Assembly (NCBI GenBank): GCA_964360785.1
Contig: CAYHXX010000001.1
Coordinates: 346,907-410,906, forward strand
Length of the DNA: 64,000 bases
DNA from: an uncultured Gammaproteobacteria bacterium
Lineage (GTDB): Bacteria > Patescibacteriota > Microgenomatia > Woykebacterales > RBG-16-39-9b
Reading direction: 5' to 3'
Part shown: piece by piece, positions 27,820-36,048 of the stretch
Layout: each line of letters opens with the position of its first letter
Numbering within the stretch: the stretch's first letter is position 1
The notes under the pieces: generated by a model
Told to the model about the DNA's origin: nothing
What the model saw: only the letters and a program-made list of their open reading frames with translations
The model's database searches: none
Made by a program: the position numbers and the translations under genes

Positions 27820-29628
27820 GTGAACCAAGGGGAACATCTTGGACCGCTCACCTTCGAGGAGCTGTCCTCTGCCTTTCCAAGGCAGTATCGGCAAATGCAC
27901 CCCAACCAGAGGGAGGCATTCAGACGAATTGCCCAAGCAAGGGGTTCGGTTACCATTGAAGCCCCAACCGGGAGTGGCAAAACCGCAATTGGCTACACTG
28001 TTCTGCGGGCGCTTGCCGCCAGAGGTGAAGGGCCTCTGTTCTATGTCGTGCCCAATAGGGCATTGGTCGGGCAGGTGCACACTTTGCACCGCGACCTCGT
28101 TGAGGTGTACGGACGGCACGAGTATGAGTGTCTCTACTTCCCGGAGCAAAATTACCGGGCGGATGAGATACCGTGCTCTCTGCTAACCGACTGTGCTCAC
28201 CGGGTTGACCAGGAAACTGGGCAAACCTTTGGACGGGGTCGACGCTGCCCGTATTACTGGGCAAAGTATCAGGCGAAGCAGAGTCAGATCGTTGTCTGCA
28301 CCATGGCTTTTTACCTCTTTACCCAACTGTTCAGTCGGGAATGGGGGGAACCTGCTGGCCTGGTGATCGATGAGACCCACCAAATTGCCAAGGTGTTCCG
28401 CAATGCCCTGAGTTTCGAGATCTCGGACTACCACCTTGAAAGTGCGATTCGGCTTCTCGAGCCGTTTGCCCCAGAAGGTGCGGCTGGTCTCGAGGTGTTT
28501 CTTGAGACGATGAACCGGATCGTGAGAATCAAACGGTCCAACACGCCAAGTTTGCTTGAAGACACCGAGATTGAAGAACTGCTGATGACGCTGATGCTTA
28601 TCGACCACAACAGGTTGCGGCAAGGGTTGTCAACGGCAGTTACGTCGGGTTCCATTGATGTCAGTCAGCACGTGGAGGTGCTCACCCGAGTCGACCGGAT
28701 CGTGCGAGATCTTGTACGTTACCTGCGTGCGTTTGAGTTCTCGCTACCGACTGAAGATCGTCACCCTCTTAACTACACCTTCGCCTATTACGACAGGGAG
28801 CAGGTAGTGGGTAGGCGAGTCAACAACCGGCTTGTGGTCAAAGCCTATCACGTTGCTCCGCTGGTAAGGAGCCTGTTGTCTTCGAGGATGACACTTGCCT
28901 ACTCGGCGACAATTGGGGATGAGAACATCTTTGCACTCGAGACAGGAATTCGTCAGCCGACCTACCACTTTGGCTCGGACTTCCCCAACGAGAATACCCG
29001 GGTGTTCATGCCAACCAATACACCGAACCTGGCAATGCAGGCTCGAGGTCGGAGGGATCTGGCTAACACCATCCGAAGGATAGCTCGGGCTTGCCGACGT
29101 TTCAATGACGCTGGGCATCGTTGCCTGGTCGTGGTGGTTTCTGATGCGGAGAGACAGAGGTTCCTGCGAATGGCGGCCGAAGAAGGTGTTGACGTCGTTT
29201 CTTATGGCGACGGTGTTAGCGCACGTGCTGCTGCTGAAAGGTTCCGTGATCGTGGCGAGGGTGGTGTGTTGTGTGGGACAGTGGCCAACTACGGGGAAGG
29301 GATTGACCTACCCGATGGTAAGGCCCCGGTGATTTTCTTCCTCCGCCCGGCGTACCCCTCTCCGAATGATCCGGCAACTCAGTTCGAGGAGCGCCGTTTT
29401 GGAAGCAGGCGCTGGTCGGTTTGGAACTGGCGTGTGATGATGGAGGCTCTCCAGGTCCGTGGTCGCAACGTGAGAAGCACAACGGATTTGGGTGTGACCT
29501 TCTTCATGTCGCAGCAGTTCCGCAGATTCCTCTACGGATCCCTGCCAAACTGGCTGCAGCCTGCCTATAGGGGAGATCTCACCTTTGACGAAGGAGTTGA
29601 GGAGGCGTTGGAGGTGTTGGAAAGATAG
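27820..29628 (+). CDS. XPD/DinG/Rad3-family Fe-S ATP-dependent DNA helicase (GC-rich cargo gene)
   Basis: Walker A EAPTGSGKT. Four Cys between motifs I and II (ECLYF, PCSLL, TDCAH, RRCPYY with the CPY signature). DExH box VIDETHQ. C-terminal helicase_C_2-like VANYGEGIDLPDG. GTG start with AAGGAG RBS. Confidence 0.7.
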   Translation: MNQGEHLGPLTFEELSSAFPRQYRQMHPNQREAFRRIAQARGSVTIEAPTGSGKTAIGYTVLRALAARGEGPLFYVVPNRALVGQVHTLHRDLVEVYGRHEYECLYFPEQNYRADEIPCSLLTDCAHRVDQETGQTFGRGRRCPYYWAKYQAKQSQIVVCTMAFYLFTQLFSREWGEPAGLVIDETHQIAKVFRNALSFEISDYHLESAIRLLEPFAPEGAAGLEVFLETMNRIVRIKRSNTPSLLEDTEIEELLMTLMLIDHNRLRQGLSTAVTSGSIDVSQHVEVLTRVDRIVRDLVRYLRAFEFSLPTEDRHPLNYTFAYYDREQVVGRRVNNRLVVKAYHVAPLVRSLLSSRMTLAYSATIGDENIFALETGIRQPTYHFGSDFPNENTRVFMPTNTPNLAMQARGRRDLANTIRRIARACRRFNDAGHRCLVVVVSDAERQRFLRMAAEEGVDVVSYGDGVSARAAAERFRDRGEGGVLCGTVANYGEGIDLPDGKAPVIFFLRPAYPSPNDPATQFEERRFGSRRWSVWNWRVMMEALQVRGRNVRSTTDLGVTFFMSQQFRRFLYGSLPNWLQPAYRGDLTFDEGVEEALEVLER

Positions 29629-29757
29629 GGCGATCGTGAACCCAGGGTTATAGCTACTCTCTTGAGTACGCCGTAACGACCCTGGGTTTTTCATTTCTAG
29701 ATTTACCAGCTGAAAGGCTGGTTTTTTGTTGATTAAATCCTAAAGCGCAGGGTAATA

Positions 29758-30639
29758 TTACTCTTTTCTGACTATTGTCCAGATATTATCACTACCCAAC
29801 CCTTCTTCGGTTGCTTGCTTTAAAGTTGTTAGTAAAAACGTTATTTCTTCGAGGTCGTAAGAACTGTCAAGTTGTTTTTTAATGTATTTGCCAATCTGGT
29901 TTAATTTTTGTTGGTTGGGAAAAATTAGCAGAAGAATAGGGAATTTTCTGTCCAAGCCGCTAAATCTATGTTTCCCCCCTTCACTTTGATTAAATTTAAT
30001 ATATTGGTCTACTTTATACCTGAGAGCATATCTTGGAACACCTGGGTCAAAGAGTTGCAGAAAGTAAGTTTGAGAGCTATTGTCTTCTTGATCAGGATTA
30101 ATTAATTTTTCAAAGTAAATATCTGGAATAATTTCCTTGATCTTTTCAAAATCGTCTTCTTTGTATAAATCCATCTTTTCAGTTATCCAAAGTTCTGTTT
30201 TTGTAGCGAACTGATACTCTATGTTAGTACTTTTCTTTTGTTTTTCCTTGAGCTGGATATAGAAGTCAAAGAGGCTGATGCAGTGATCAATAAAAGTTTG
30301 GGAGGCGTGTTTATCCTCATAGAACTTTTTAATAAGCTTAAAGTCCAGTTTTTCATTATCTGCCTGGTAAGCTTCACCCTTTTCAAAACGTGCCCATAAG
30401 ATGCCGTTATTCGCCAGGTAATAGATGGCAGGTTTGGTATTTTCGAGTAGCTTGTGGGAATATATCCTGCCTAAATAACCTTTTTCCACTAAATCTTTAA
30501 GCCAGACGTTAATTCTTTTTGGATCCTTGTGGTCAAGAATCCTTTGTATTTGTTTCCGGTTAATAAACCGAAACCTGTAAACAAGATCAACTATCTCTTT
30601 TTGTTTTTCAGTTATCTCGGGACGTTCTTTGTAGTTCAT
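29758..30639 (-). CDS. Replication-relaxation family protein (winged-helix N-domain)
   Basis: N-terminus ITEKQKEIVDLVYRFRFINRKQIQRIL matches the replication-relaxation (PF13814-like) pattern. Sits beside the palindromic ori-like site. Confidence 0.45.
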   Translation of the reverse strand: MNYKERPEITEKQKEIVDLVYRFRFINRKQIQRILDHKDPKRINVWLKDLVEKGYLGRIYSHKLLENTKPAIYYLANNGILWARFEKGEAYQADNEKLDFKLIKKFYEDKHASQTFIDHCISLFDFYIQLKEKQKKSTNIEYQFATKTELWITEKMDLYKEDDFEKIKEIIPDIYFEKLINPDQEDNSSQTYFLQLFDPGVPRYALRYKVDQYIKFNQSEGGKHRFSGLDRKFPILLLIFPNQQKLNQIGKYIKKQLDSSYDLEEITFLLTTLKQATEEGLGSDNIWTIVRKE

Positions 30640-30849
30640 AAGATCATTCCAGTTTATTAATAGTTATTTAATTGGCAGATTTCTAGATTTAGGACAGGAG
30701 GTTTATTAGTTGGGCAGGGAAACTTAAAGGAGCAGAGGTTTAGGGGATTATACACATTTACTCAGCAACATTACTACTTCTCTTCCTTTTACCTTGTAAA
30801 AGGGTAAAGACCGGAAATTAAAATTCCTTTAATAAACCTAATATAAGCT

Positions 30850-30904
30850 CGTACGTAGCCACGACCCGTGTCCTAGACAGTTAGGACACAGCCCATGCGT
30901 ACGT
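30850..30904. promoter_or_regulatory. 55-bp imperfect palindrome; putative recombination/oriT/operator site
   Basis: CGTACGT-(11)-GTGTCCTA-(6)-TAGGACAC-(8)-CGTACGT. Followed by AT-rich iterons, with ATATGTATAT at 30938 and 30961. Confidence 0.45.
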
Positions 30905-30986
30905 GCGAACTATTTTTACTAATTGACAACTATACACATATGTATATATAATATATACAGATATGTATATGTAACTTGCCTAACTC

Positions 30987-31316
30987 TTGGATATGAAAGT
31001 ACTAGATTCGGAACAATTGGAAATTAGACCTAAACAACGAGAATTTAAACTCCTAGAACAACAAGATGTCTACGAAAACCTCAATCAACATCTTTCCGAA
31101 CAAGAAAAGGAACAAAGAATCATTCTCGAAGCTCGAGATATCTTAGGAGAAGCTGCGGAAAACCTAACTGATGAGCAAATTTGCAATTTAGTAAGTGAGA
31201 TTCAATATCTGGTTGATACTTGGTTAGAGGAATTTGAAACAAAGGTTTATGGGGGTAAGACCTTAAGTGAGTTACTACACCTAAATTATCATGAACACAC
31301 CGTTTCCAGCAAATAA
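30987..31316 (+). CDS. Hypothetical acidic protein upstream of and overlapping the recombinase (possible directionality/accessory factor)
   Basis: TTG start. Overlaps the recombinase start by 26 nt. No motif recognised. Confidence 0.35.
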   Translation: MDMKVLDSEQLEIRPKQREFKLLEQQDVYENLNQHLSEQEKEQRIILEARDILGEAAENLTDEQICNLVSEIQYLVDTWLEEFETKVYGGKTLSELLHLNYHEHTVSSK

Positions 31317-32838
31317 TATTTCAGAACCAAGAAAAGCTGTTATCTATATCCGAGTTTCTTCTGAGGAACAAGTAGAAAACTTTTCTTTGGGAACACAGGA
31401 GGAAATATGCCGCAGAGATGCGAAATATAAAGGTTATGAAATAGCGGAAGTATTTAAGGAAGAGGGTCGCTCAGCAAAAACTATTATTGGAAGGCCAGTG
31501 CTACTTGAAATGCTCGACTTTTGCAGAAAAAACAAGAAAGATCTTCAAGCGGTTTATGTTTACCGACTTGATAGATTATCCAGGCAAACTTCCGATTACC
31601 TAGCAATAAGAAAAAGGCTTGCCGACTATAATATCGCTATTCTTTCCGCAACTGAACCAACAGGAAATTCACCAACAGAAAAATTACTTGAAACTGTTCT
31701 GGCAAGTTTTGCTCAACACGATAATGACGTGCGAAGTGAAAGAACGAAAAACGGTATGCGAGCAAGGTTTTTATCAGGCCTGATTACAAACAAGTTAACC
31801 GCTGGGTATGTTAATCAAGGTGGCTATGCTATTAAAGATTCGGAAAAGTTTGAAACTATTAAAAAAGCTTGGGACTTAATGGCAACGGGAACAAAGAGTT
31901 TAAGAGAAATAAGAACTATTTTAAGTTGCTGGGGAGTTGAGATAAAACCGCACGCGATTCACGCAATGTTCCACAATAAGTTCTACATGGGCATATTAAG
32001 CTCTCCAAAATACCCAGAGGAGGTTCGTGGTCAGCACTCTCCTATGGTTACTGAAGAGCAGTTCTATAAAGTACAAGCAATTTTGGACGGTCGCGATACA
32101 AACAGGTTGGTTATGCCACGGAAAAGCAGAGATAACAAAGACTTTCCTCTGAGAAGGATCGTTAGATGCGGTAGATGTGGCACTCCGTTTACTGGAGCCA
32201 AAACCAAAGGGAGAAGTGAATACTATTCATATTATTTTTGTCGAAAAAGATGTGTTAATACTTCGGTGCCAGTTGAAACTTTAGACAAGTCATTAGGAAA
32301 CCTGCTCCAAATTCTTAACCCTACTGAAAACGGAATAAAACTTTACTGCAACGCCCTTATCAAAACCTACAACAAGAAAATGTTTCGACTTGAGAAAACT
32401 AAGAATGGAGCTGACGAGGAGATCAAGAAGCTTTTTGGACTCCGACAGACTTTAGTTGAAAAAAACCTAGCTGGAACTTTTTCAGATGAGATCTTTAAAG
32501 AACAGAACGCCGTTATTGAAGAAAAACTAATAGCTGCTCAAGCCTCAAAAAATGACGCTCTCATTGATAAGTACGATATCGCCGCAATTGTAGCCTTTAT
32601 CGAAACTAAACTAGCCGATATTGCCCAAACCTATTTTAGCTCGACTCTTAGCCAAGCTCGCTGCCTTCTCGGTTCGATATTTCTCTCGGGATTGAGTTGG
32701 GACTATCCTGGTTGTTCGAACCGCGGTATTAGCCCGATATATCAAGGTATTATTGATGTTGAAAGTAAGGGTGTTCCCTTTGGTGACCCCGGCGGGATTC
32801 GAACCCGCGATCTCTTGGATGAAAACCAAGTATCCTAA
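31291..32838 (+). CDS. Large serine recombinase (integrase)
   Basis: Resolvase catalytic domain AVIYIRVSSEEQ, recombinase domain and zinc ribbon CGRCGTPF...CRKRC. The ORF reads through into the tRNA-Glu gene, so the last about 19 aa are tRNA-encoded. Confidence 0.8.
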   Translation: MNTPFPANNISEPRKAVIYIRVSSEEQVENFSLGTQEEICRRDAKYKGYEIAEVFKEEGRSAKTIIGRPVLLEMLDFCRKNKKDLQAVYVYRLDRLSRQTSDYLAIRKRLADYNIAILSATEPTGNSPTEKLLETVLASFAQHDNDVRSERTKNGMRARFLSGLITNKLTAGYVNQGGYAIKDSEKFETIKKAWDLMATGTKSLREIRTILSCWGVEIKPHAIHAMFHNKFYMGILSSPKYPEEVRGQHSPMVTEEQFYKVQAILDGRDTNRLVMPRKSRDNKDFPLRRIVRCGRCGTPFTGAKTKGRSEYYSYYFCRKRCVNTSVPVETLDKSLGNLLQILNPTENGIKLYCNALIKTYNKKMFRLEKTKNGADEEIKKLFGLRQTLVEKNLAGTFSDEIFKEQNAVIEEKLIAAQASKNDALIDKYDIAAIVAFIETKLADIAQTYFSSTLSQARCLLGSIFLSGLSWDYPGCSNRGISPIYQGIIDVESKGVPFGDPGGIRTRDLLDENQVS

Positions 32839-32856
32839 CCACTAGACGACGGGGCC
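32781..32856 (-). tRNA. tRNA-Glu (anticodon UUC), CCA encoded
   Basis: Folds as a cloverleaf: acceptor GGCCCCG/CGGGGTC, anticodon stem CTTGG/CCAAG, loop TTTTCAT giving anticodon TTC, T-loop TTCGAAT. Similar to E. coli tRNA-Glu. Confidence 0.85.
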
Positions 32857-32884
32857 ACAAGTTATTTTATTTTTAAACCGGCGG

Positions 32885-32925
32885 ACCGGACCCGGGATCT
32901 CTTGGATGAAAACCAAGTATCCAGT
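32885..32925 (-). pseudogene. tRNA-Glu fragment (D-arm to anticodon arm copy), remnant
   Basis: GATCTCTTGGATGAAAACCAAGTATCC is identical to the internal part of the adjacent tRNA-Glu. It lacks a proper T-arm and acceptor stem. Confidence 0.4.
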
Positions 32926-33104
32926 CCTTCTTCAGGAATGAATGCGAAGCATTTGCCTCACTAGCCAACGGGTCCAAGAACCAAGAGATTATACACAAAA
33001 ACTGAACCTAATTCAAACCCAAGAAATTCTTGACAATACTTGACAGACTGGTGTAATCTTTCTCTAAGGAGTGCTGCTCAAAATTTGCAGTTCAAAAATC
33101 TTAA

Positions 33105-34055
33105 ATGCCCGAAGAAACAAACACTTCAAACCCAACTAGTCCTACATCACCGATAGGTTCTGCACCTTCAGGTTCAGTAACCGAAAGTCCGGCGCCAACT
33201 TCTCCTACAACACCAATTGACACTAGCGTAAGCCCCATACCAAACCCAATGGCTTCTCCGGCTTCAGAACCTACTGTCACCGCAGCACCAATGCCGACAA
33301 CACCAGACCCAACACTTATACCTTCCACTCCAATGGAAGCTTCGCCGGTGATGCCAACGGTTTCAACACCCGTAACTGATACCCCTGTTGGGGTATCTGC
33401 GCCAGTAACAGAAACGCCAACACCTGTTGTACCTGAACCAACATCAGCGGAAACTACCCCTGTACCAAGGGTAGATAAACCAGTCTGGGCCAATGAACAA
33501 CCAACACCACCTATGGTAACTACCCCAGAATCAGTAACACAGCCTGTTTCTGTCCCAACACCTGAACCAACAAACTCAGTACCCACCGAAACCATACCAA
33601 TCACTACACCAATCGAACCAACTCCAAACCCAATTGAGACTGTGACAACTCCAGAGCCGCCAAAAATGCCTGAAGTCCCAGCTGTAGAAACACCAGCTCC
33701 GACGCCAGCACCTGCTATGGAACCACCAACACCACCCGCTGACAGTGACAACAATGGCCCTGCCTGGCTCCGAACTGATTCTCAAGCTCCTGCAACGCCA
33801 GAACCGGCTCCGGCAACTGCAGAATCAAGACCTGATCTTTCAAACGCACCGCTGCCATGGCAAGTCCCAAGCGAACAACCTGCAGCTGGAAACACACCGG
33901 CAGCAAATGCAGGGGGAGCAGTTGCAGCAACCGCAGCTCCAGGAGTGGAAGAGCATCACGGCTTCCCAATTATGATCTTTGTTGTACTGGTAATTGCGAT
34001 TATTGTCGCGATTGGAATATTTCTCTTTGCCAACGGCTCACTACCTGGAACGTAA
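33105..34055 (+). CDS. Pro/Thr/Glu-rich low-complexity protein with C-terminal TM anchor
   Basis: Long PT-rich sequence and a terminal hydrophobic helix IMIFVVLVIAIIVAIGIFLF. The antisense Gly-rich ORF is an artefact. Confidence 0.4.
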   Translation: MPEETNTSNPTSPTSPIGSAPSGSVTESPAPTSPTTPIDTSVSPIPNPMASPASEPTVTAAPMPTTPDPTLIPSTPMEASPVMPTVSTPVTDTPVGVSAPVTETPTPVVPEPTSAETTPVPRVDKPVWANEQPTPPMVTTPESVTQPVSVPTPEPTNSVPTETIPITTPIEPTPNPIETVTTPEPPKMPEVPAVETPAPTPAPAMEPPTPPADSDNNGPAWLRTDSQAPATPEPAPATAESRPDLSNAPLPWQVPSEQPAAGNTPAANAGGAVAATAAPGVEEHHGFPIMIFVVLVIAIIVAIGIFLFANGSLPGT

Positions 34056-34060
34056 AAATT

Positions 34061-34738
34061 CTACGCCCCAAAATTTCTCTTTCGATTTTTATATTCCTCA
34101 ACTGCCTTTTTTAGCTCTTTTTCGTCAAAATCCGGCCAAAGCACATCGGTAAAATATAGTTCTGAATAAGCAGCTTGCCAAAGCAAAAAATTTGATAAGC
34201 GTTTTTCCCCACCGGTTCTAATTATCAATTCAGGATCCGGAAGACCTGCACTATAGAGAAGGTCTGAAAATTCTTCTTCGGAAAGCTTCTTCTCTTTCCC
34301 AGTTTTTTCAATTGCCGCTAAAATTTCAGCTCGAGATCCATAACTAATGGCTATATTCAGTTGCAAGTTATTACCAGCGCTCAAACGTTTCTGGGTTTCA
34401 CCCAGAGTCACTCGTACCGCCAAAGGAAGTTTCTCAAATTGGCCAAAGAAAGTTACTTTGACACCTTCTTTTTTTAGCATTGGCAACTTGTCGACAAAGC
34501 CTTTCTGCAACAAAGAAAATAGATCTTTGAGCTCTGTCTTTGCACGGTTTCTGAGGTTTTCAGTGGAAAGTGCGTAAACTGTGAGATATGTAACGCCCAA
34601 TTTCGCAGCCGCCCGCACTACTTTTTCCAAAGCCTCCACACCCTCTCTGTGGCCATCTGCAATTTTCAAGCCTTTTTGTTTGGCCCAACGGCGGTTACCG
34701 TCCATTATGATTGCTACATGTTTAGGAATAGTGCTCAT
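34061..34738 (-). CDS. uppS: Isoprenyl transferase / undecaprenyl diphosphate synthase
   Basis: HVAIIMDGNRRWA and the rest of the UPP synthase signature. About 225 aa. Confidence 0.85.
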   Translation of the reverse strand: MSTIPKHVAIIMDGNRRWAKQKGLKIADGHREGVEALEKVVRAAAKLGVTYLTVYALSTENLRNRAKTELKDLFSLLQKGFVDKLPMLKKEGVKVTFFGQFEKLPLAVRVTLGETQKRLSAGNNLQLNIAISYGSRAEILAAIEKTGKEKKLSEEEFSDLLYSAGLPDPELIIRTGGEKRLSNFLLWQAAYSELYFTDVLWPDFDEKELKKAVEEYKNRKRNFGA

Positions 34739-34805
34739 GAAGATACATTATCGCAGACCCAGGCAAATATAGACAAACAACTCCAACTTCCATAGAATTA
34801 AGTAG

Positions 34806-35882
34806 ATGGAATCTGCTCAAGCCTCAAATAGCGGTGAAAAGACTCTTCTGGAGATTGCTTCTCAGTTGGAAAAAGTCGAAAAAACCAGTCTCCCTCCAGA
34901 ACTAAAAGAGAATATCAAGGAAGCTCTCACCAGACTCAATCGTGCTATGCAACACGGCGTCTATCAACAAGAGTACGAACAAACCGCTCGTTATGTTGAA
35001 TGGCTGCTGGGAATTCCTTGGACAAAATCTTCCGAAGACAACCTCGACATCAAGAAAGCTAAAGAAATTCTTGATCAGAGCCACTACGGGTTAGGATCGA
35101 TAAAGAATAGAATTCTTGAATATTTATCCGTTCTAAAACTCCAACAAGACCAGGGTGAAAAAAGGATCAAGCCACACGCTAGCGTACTTTGTTTTGTTGG
35201 TCTCCCTGGTACTGGTAAAACCTCATTTGCGTCTTCAATTGCAGAAAGCTTGGGCCGGAAATTTATTCGTATTGCTATGGGAGGTGTTAGTAGCCCAATG
35301 GTCCTGCGTGGACAACCACGAGCCTTCCCCCAAGCCGAGCCTGGCGCCGTTGTCCGAAACTTGGTCCGCGCGGGGACAAAAAATCCGGTAATTTTACTCG
35401 ATGAGATCGACTCGATCGTTGGTGGTTCGGAAAGCGATGTTATGGGTGTGCTGTTGGAGCTGCTTGACCCGGAGCAAAACCAAGCATTCACGGATTATTA
35501 TGTAAATTATCCCATCGATCTCTCTGAAGCCCTCTTTGTCTGTTCTGCCAACCGTATGGGCAATATCACCTCCGCAGTTATGGATCGACTTGAGATGATC
35601 TTGATGCCGCGCTATACCGATGATGACAAAGTCCATATTGCCCGCGACTACCTATTTCCCCGCGAACTTACAAATACTGGCATCGACCAGAGCAAGATAC
35701 GGTTCACTGACGATATGTGGCCACTGATAATCAAACCGTTTGGCTATGACATCGATATTCGTAATATCCAAAGAACGCTGAATGGAATCTTGCGAAAAGT
35801 CGCCCGGAAAATTGTCGAAGATAATGTTACCCTCGTAGAAATCAACCCCACAAACTACCGCGAATATTTGCCTGAGTGGTAA
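34806..35882 (+). CDS. Lon-family AAA+ ATPase module only (no N-domain, no protease domain)
   Basis: VLCFVGLPGTGKTSFASSIAESLGRKFIRIAMGGV...ILLDEIDSI...LLELLDPEQNQAFTDYY...DRLEMI is collinear with the Lon AAA+ core. The ORF ends before any protease domain. Confidence 0.6.
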   Translation: MESAQASNSGEKTLLEIASQLEKVEKTSLPPELKENIKEALTRLNRAMQHGVYQQEYEQTARYVEWLLGIPWTKSSEDNLDIKKAKEILDQSHYGLGSIKNRILEYLSVLKLQQDQGEKRIKPHASVLCFVGLPGTGKTSFASSIAESLGRKFIRIAMGGVSSPMVLRGQPRAFPQAEPGAVVRNLVRAGTKNPVILLDEIDSIVGGSESDVMGVLLELLDPEQNQAFTDYYVNYPIDLSEALFVCSANRMGNITSAVMDRLEMILMPRYTDDDKVHIARDYLFPRELTNTGIDQSKIRFTDDMWPLIIKPFGYDIDIRNIQRTLNGILRKVARKIVEDNVTLVEINPTNYREYLPEW

Positions 35883-35906
35883 AAAAAGAGTTTTTGAGGA
35901 TAAGTC

Positions 35907-36048
35907 CAGGTTTTTCCATAAAAACCAGTTAGAATTGACATGTCAGTGCAATTTGATATAACCGTCAATTAGGTATACAGGTTTTTCCATAAAAACCAGT
36001 TAGAATTGACACATCGGTGCTATTGATATAACCATCAAGATTGAGATC
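35907..36048. repeat. Tandem direct repeat, 2 x about 71 bp (diverged)
   Basis: CAGGTTTTTCCATAAAAACCAGTTAGAATTGACA... at 35907 and 35978. The second copy encodes the C-terminus of the 35965..37074 gene. Confidence 0.6.

Larger units (their letters stand above)
26278..32797. mobile_element. Integrated element (about 6.5 kb) at tRNA-Glu with 17-bp direct repeats and serine recombinase
   Basis: TGGTGACCCCGGCGGGA at 26278-26294 and 32781-32797. The second copy is the 3' end of tRNA-Glu. Cargo is a recombinase, XRE, replication-relaxation-like gene and a GC-rich gene pair. Confidence 0.65.

Noticed and set aside
27762-29694. Multiple antisense and alternative-frame ORFs (27805..28149, 27950..28264, 28183..28623, 28744..29118, 29216..29482, 29308..29694 etc.)
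   Set aside because: All are embedded in the GC-rich helicase gene. The plus-strand 602-aa frame carries the full helicase motif set.
32781-32797. Reading the tRNA-Glu 3' end as the C-terminal codons of the recombinase only
   Set aside because: The sequence folds as a complete canonical tRNA-Glu(UUC). The overlap is reported as a finding rather than discarding the tRNA.
33101-33754. 217-aa Gly-rich ORF on the minus strand
   Set aside because: It is the antisense frame of the Pro/Thr-rich low-complexity gene 33105..34055. It has no start context and the plus-strand ORF has a coherent C-terminal TM anchor.
35084-35491. 135-aa minus-strand ORF
   Set aside because: Antisense to the conserved Lon AAA+ core and low-complexity (Ser/Pro-rich).
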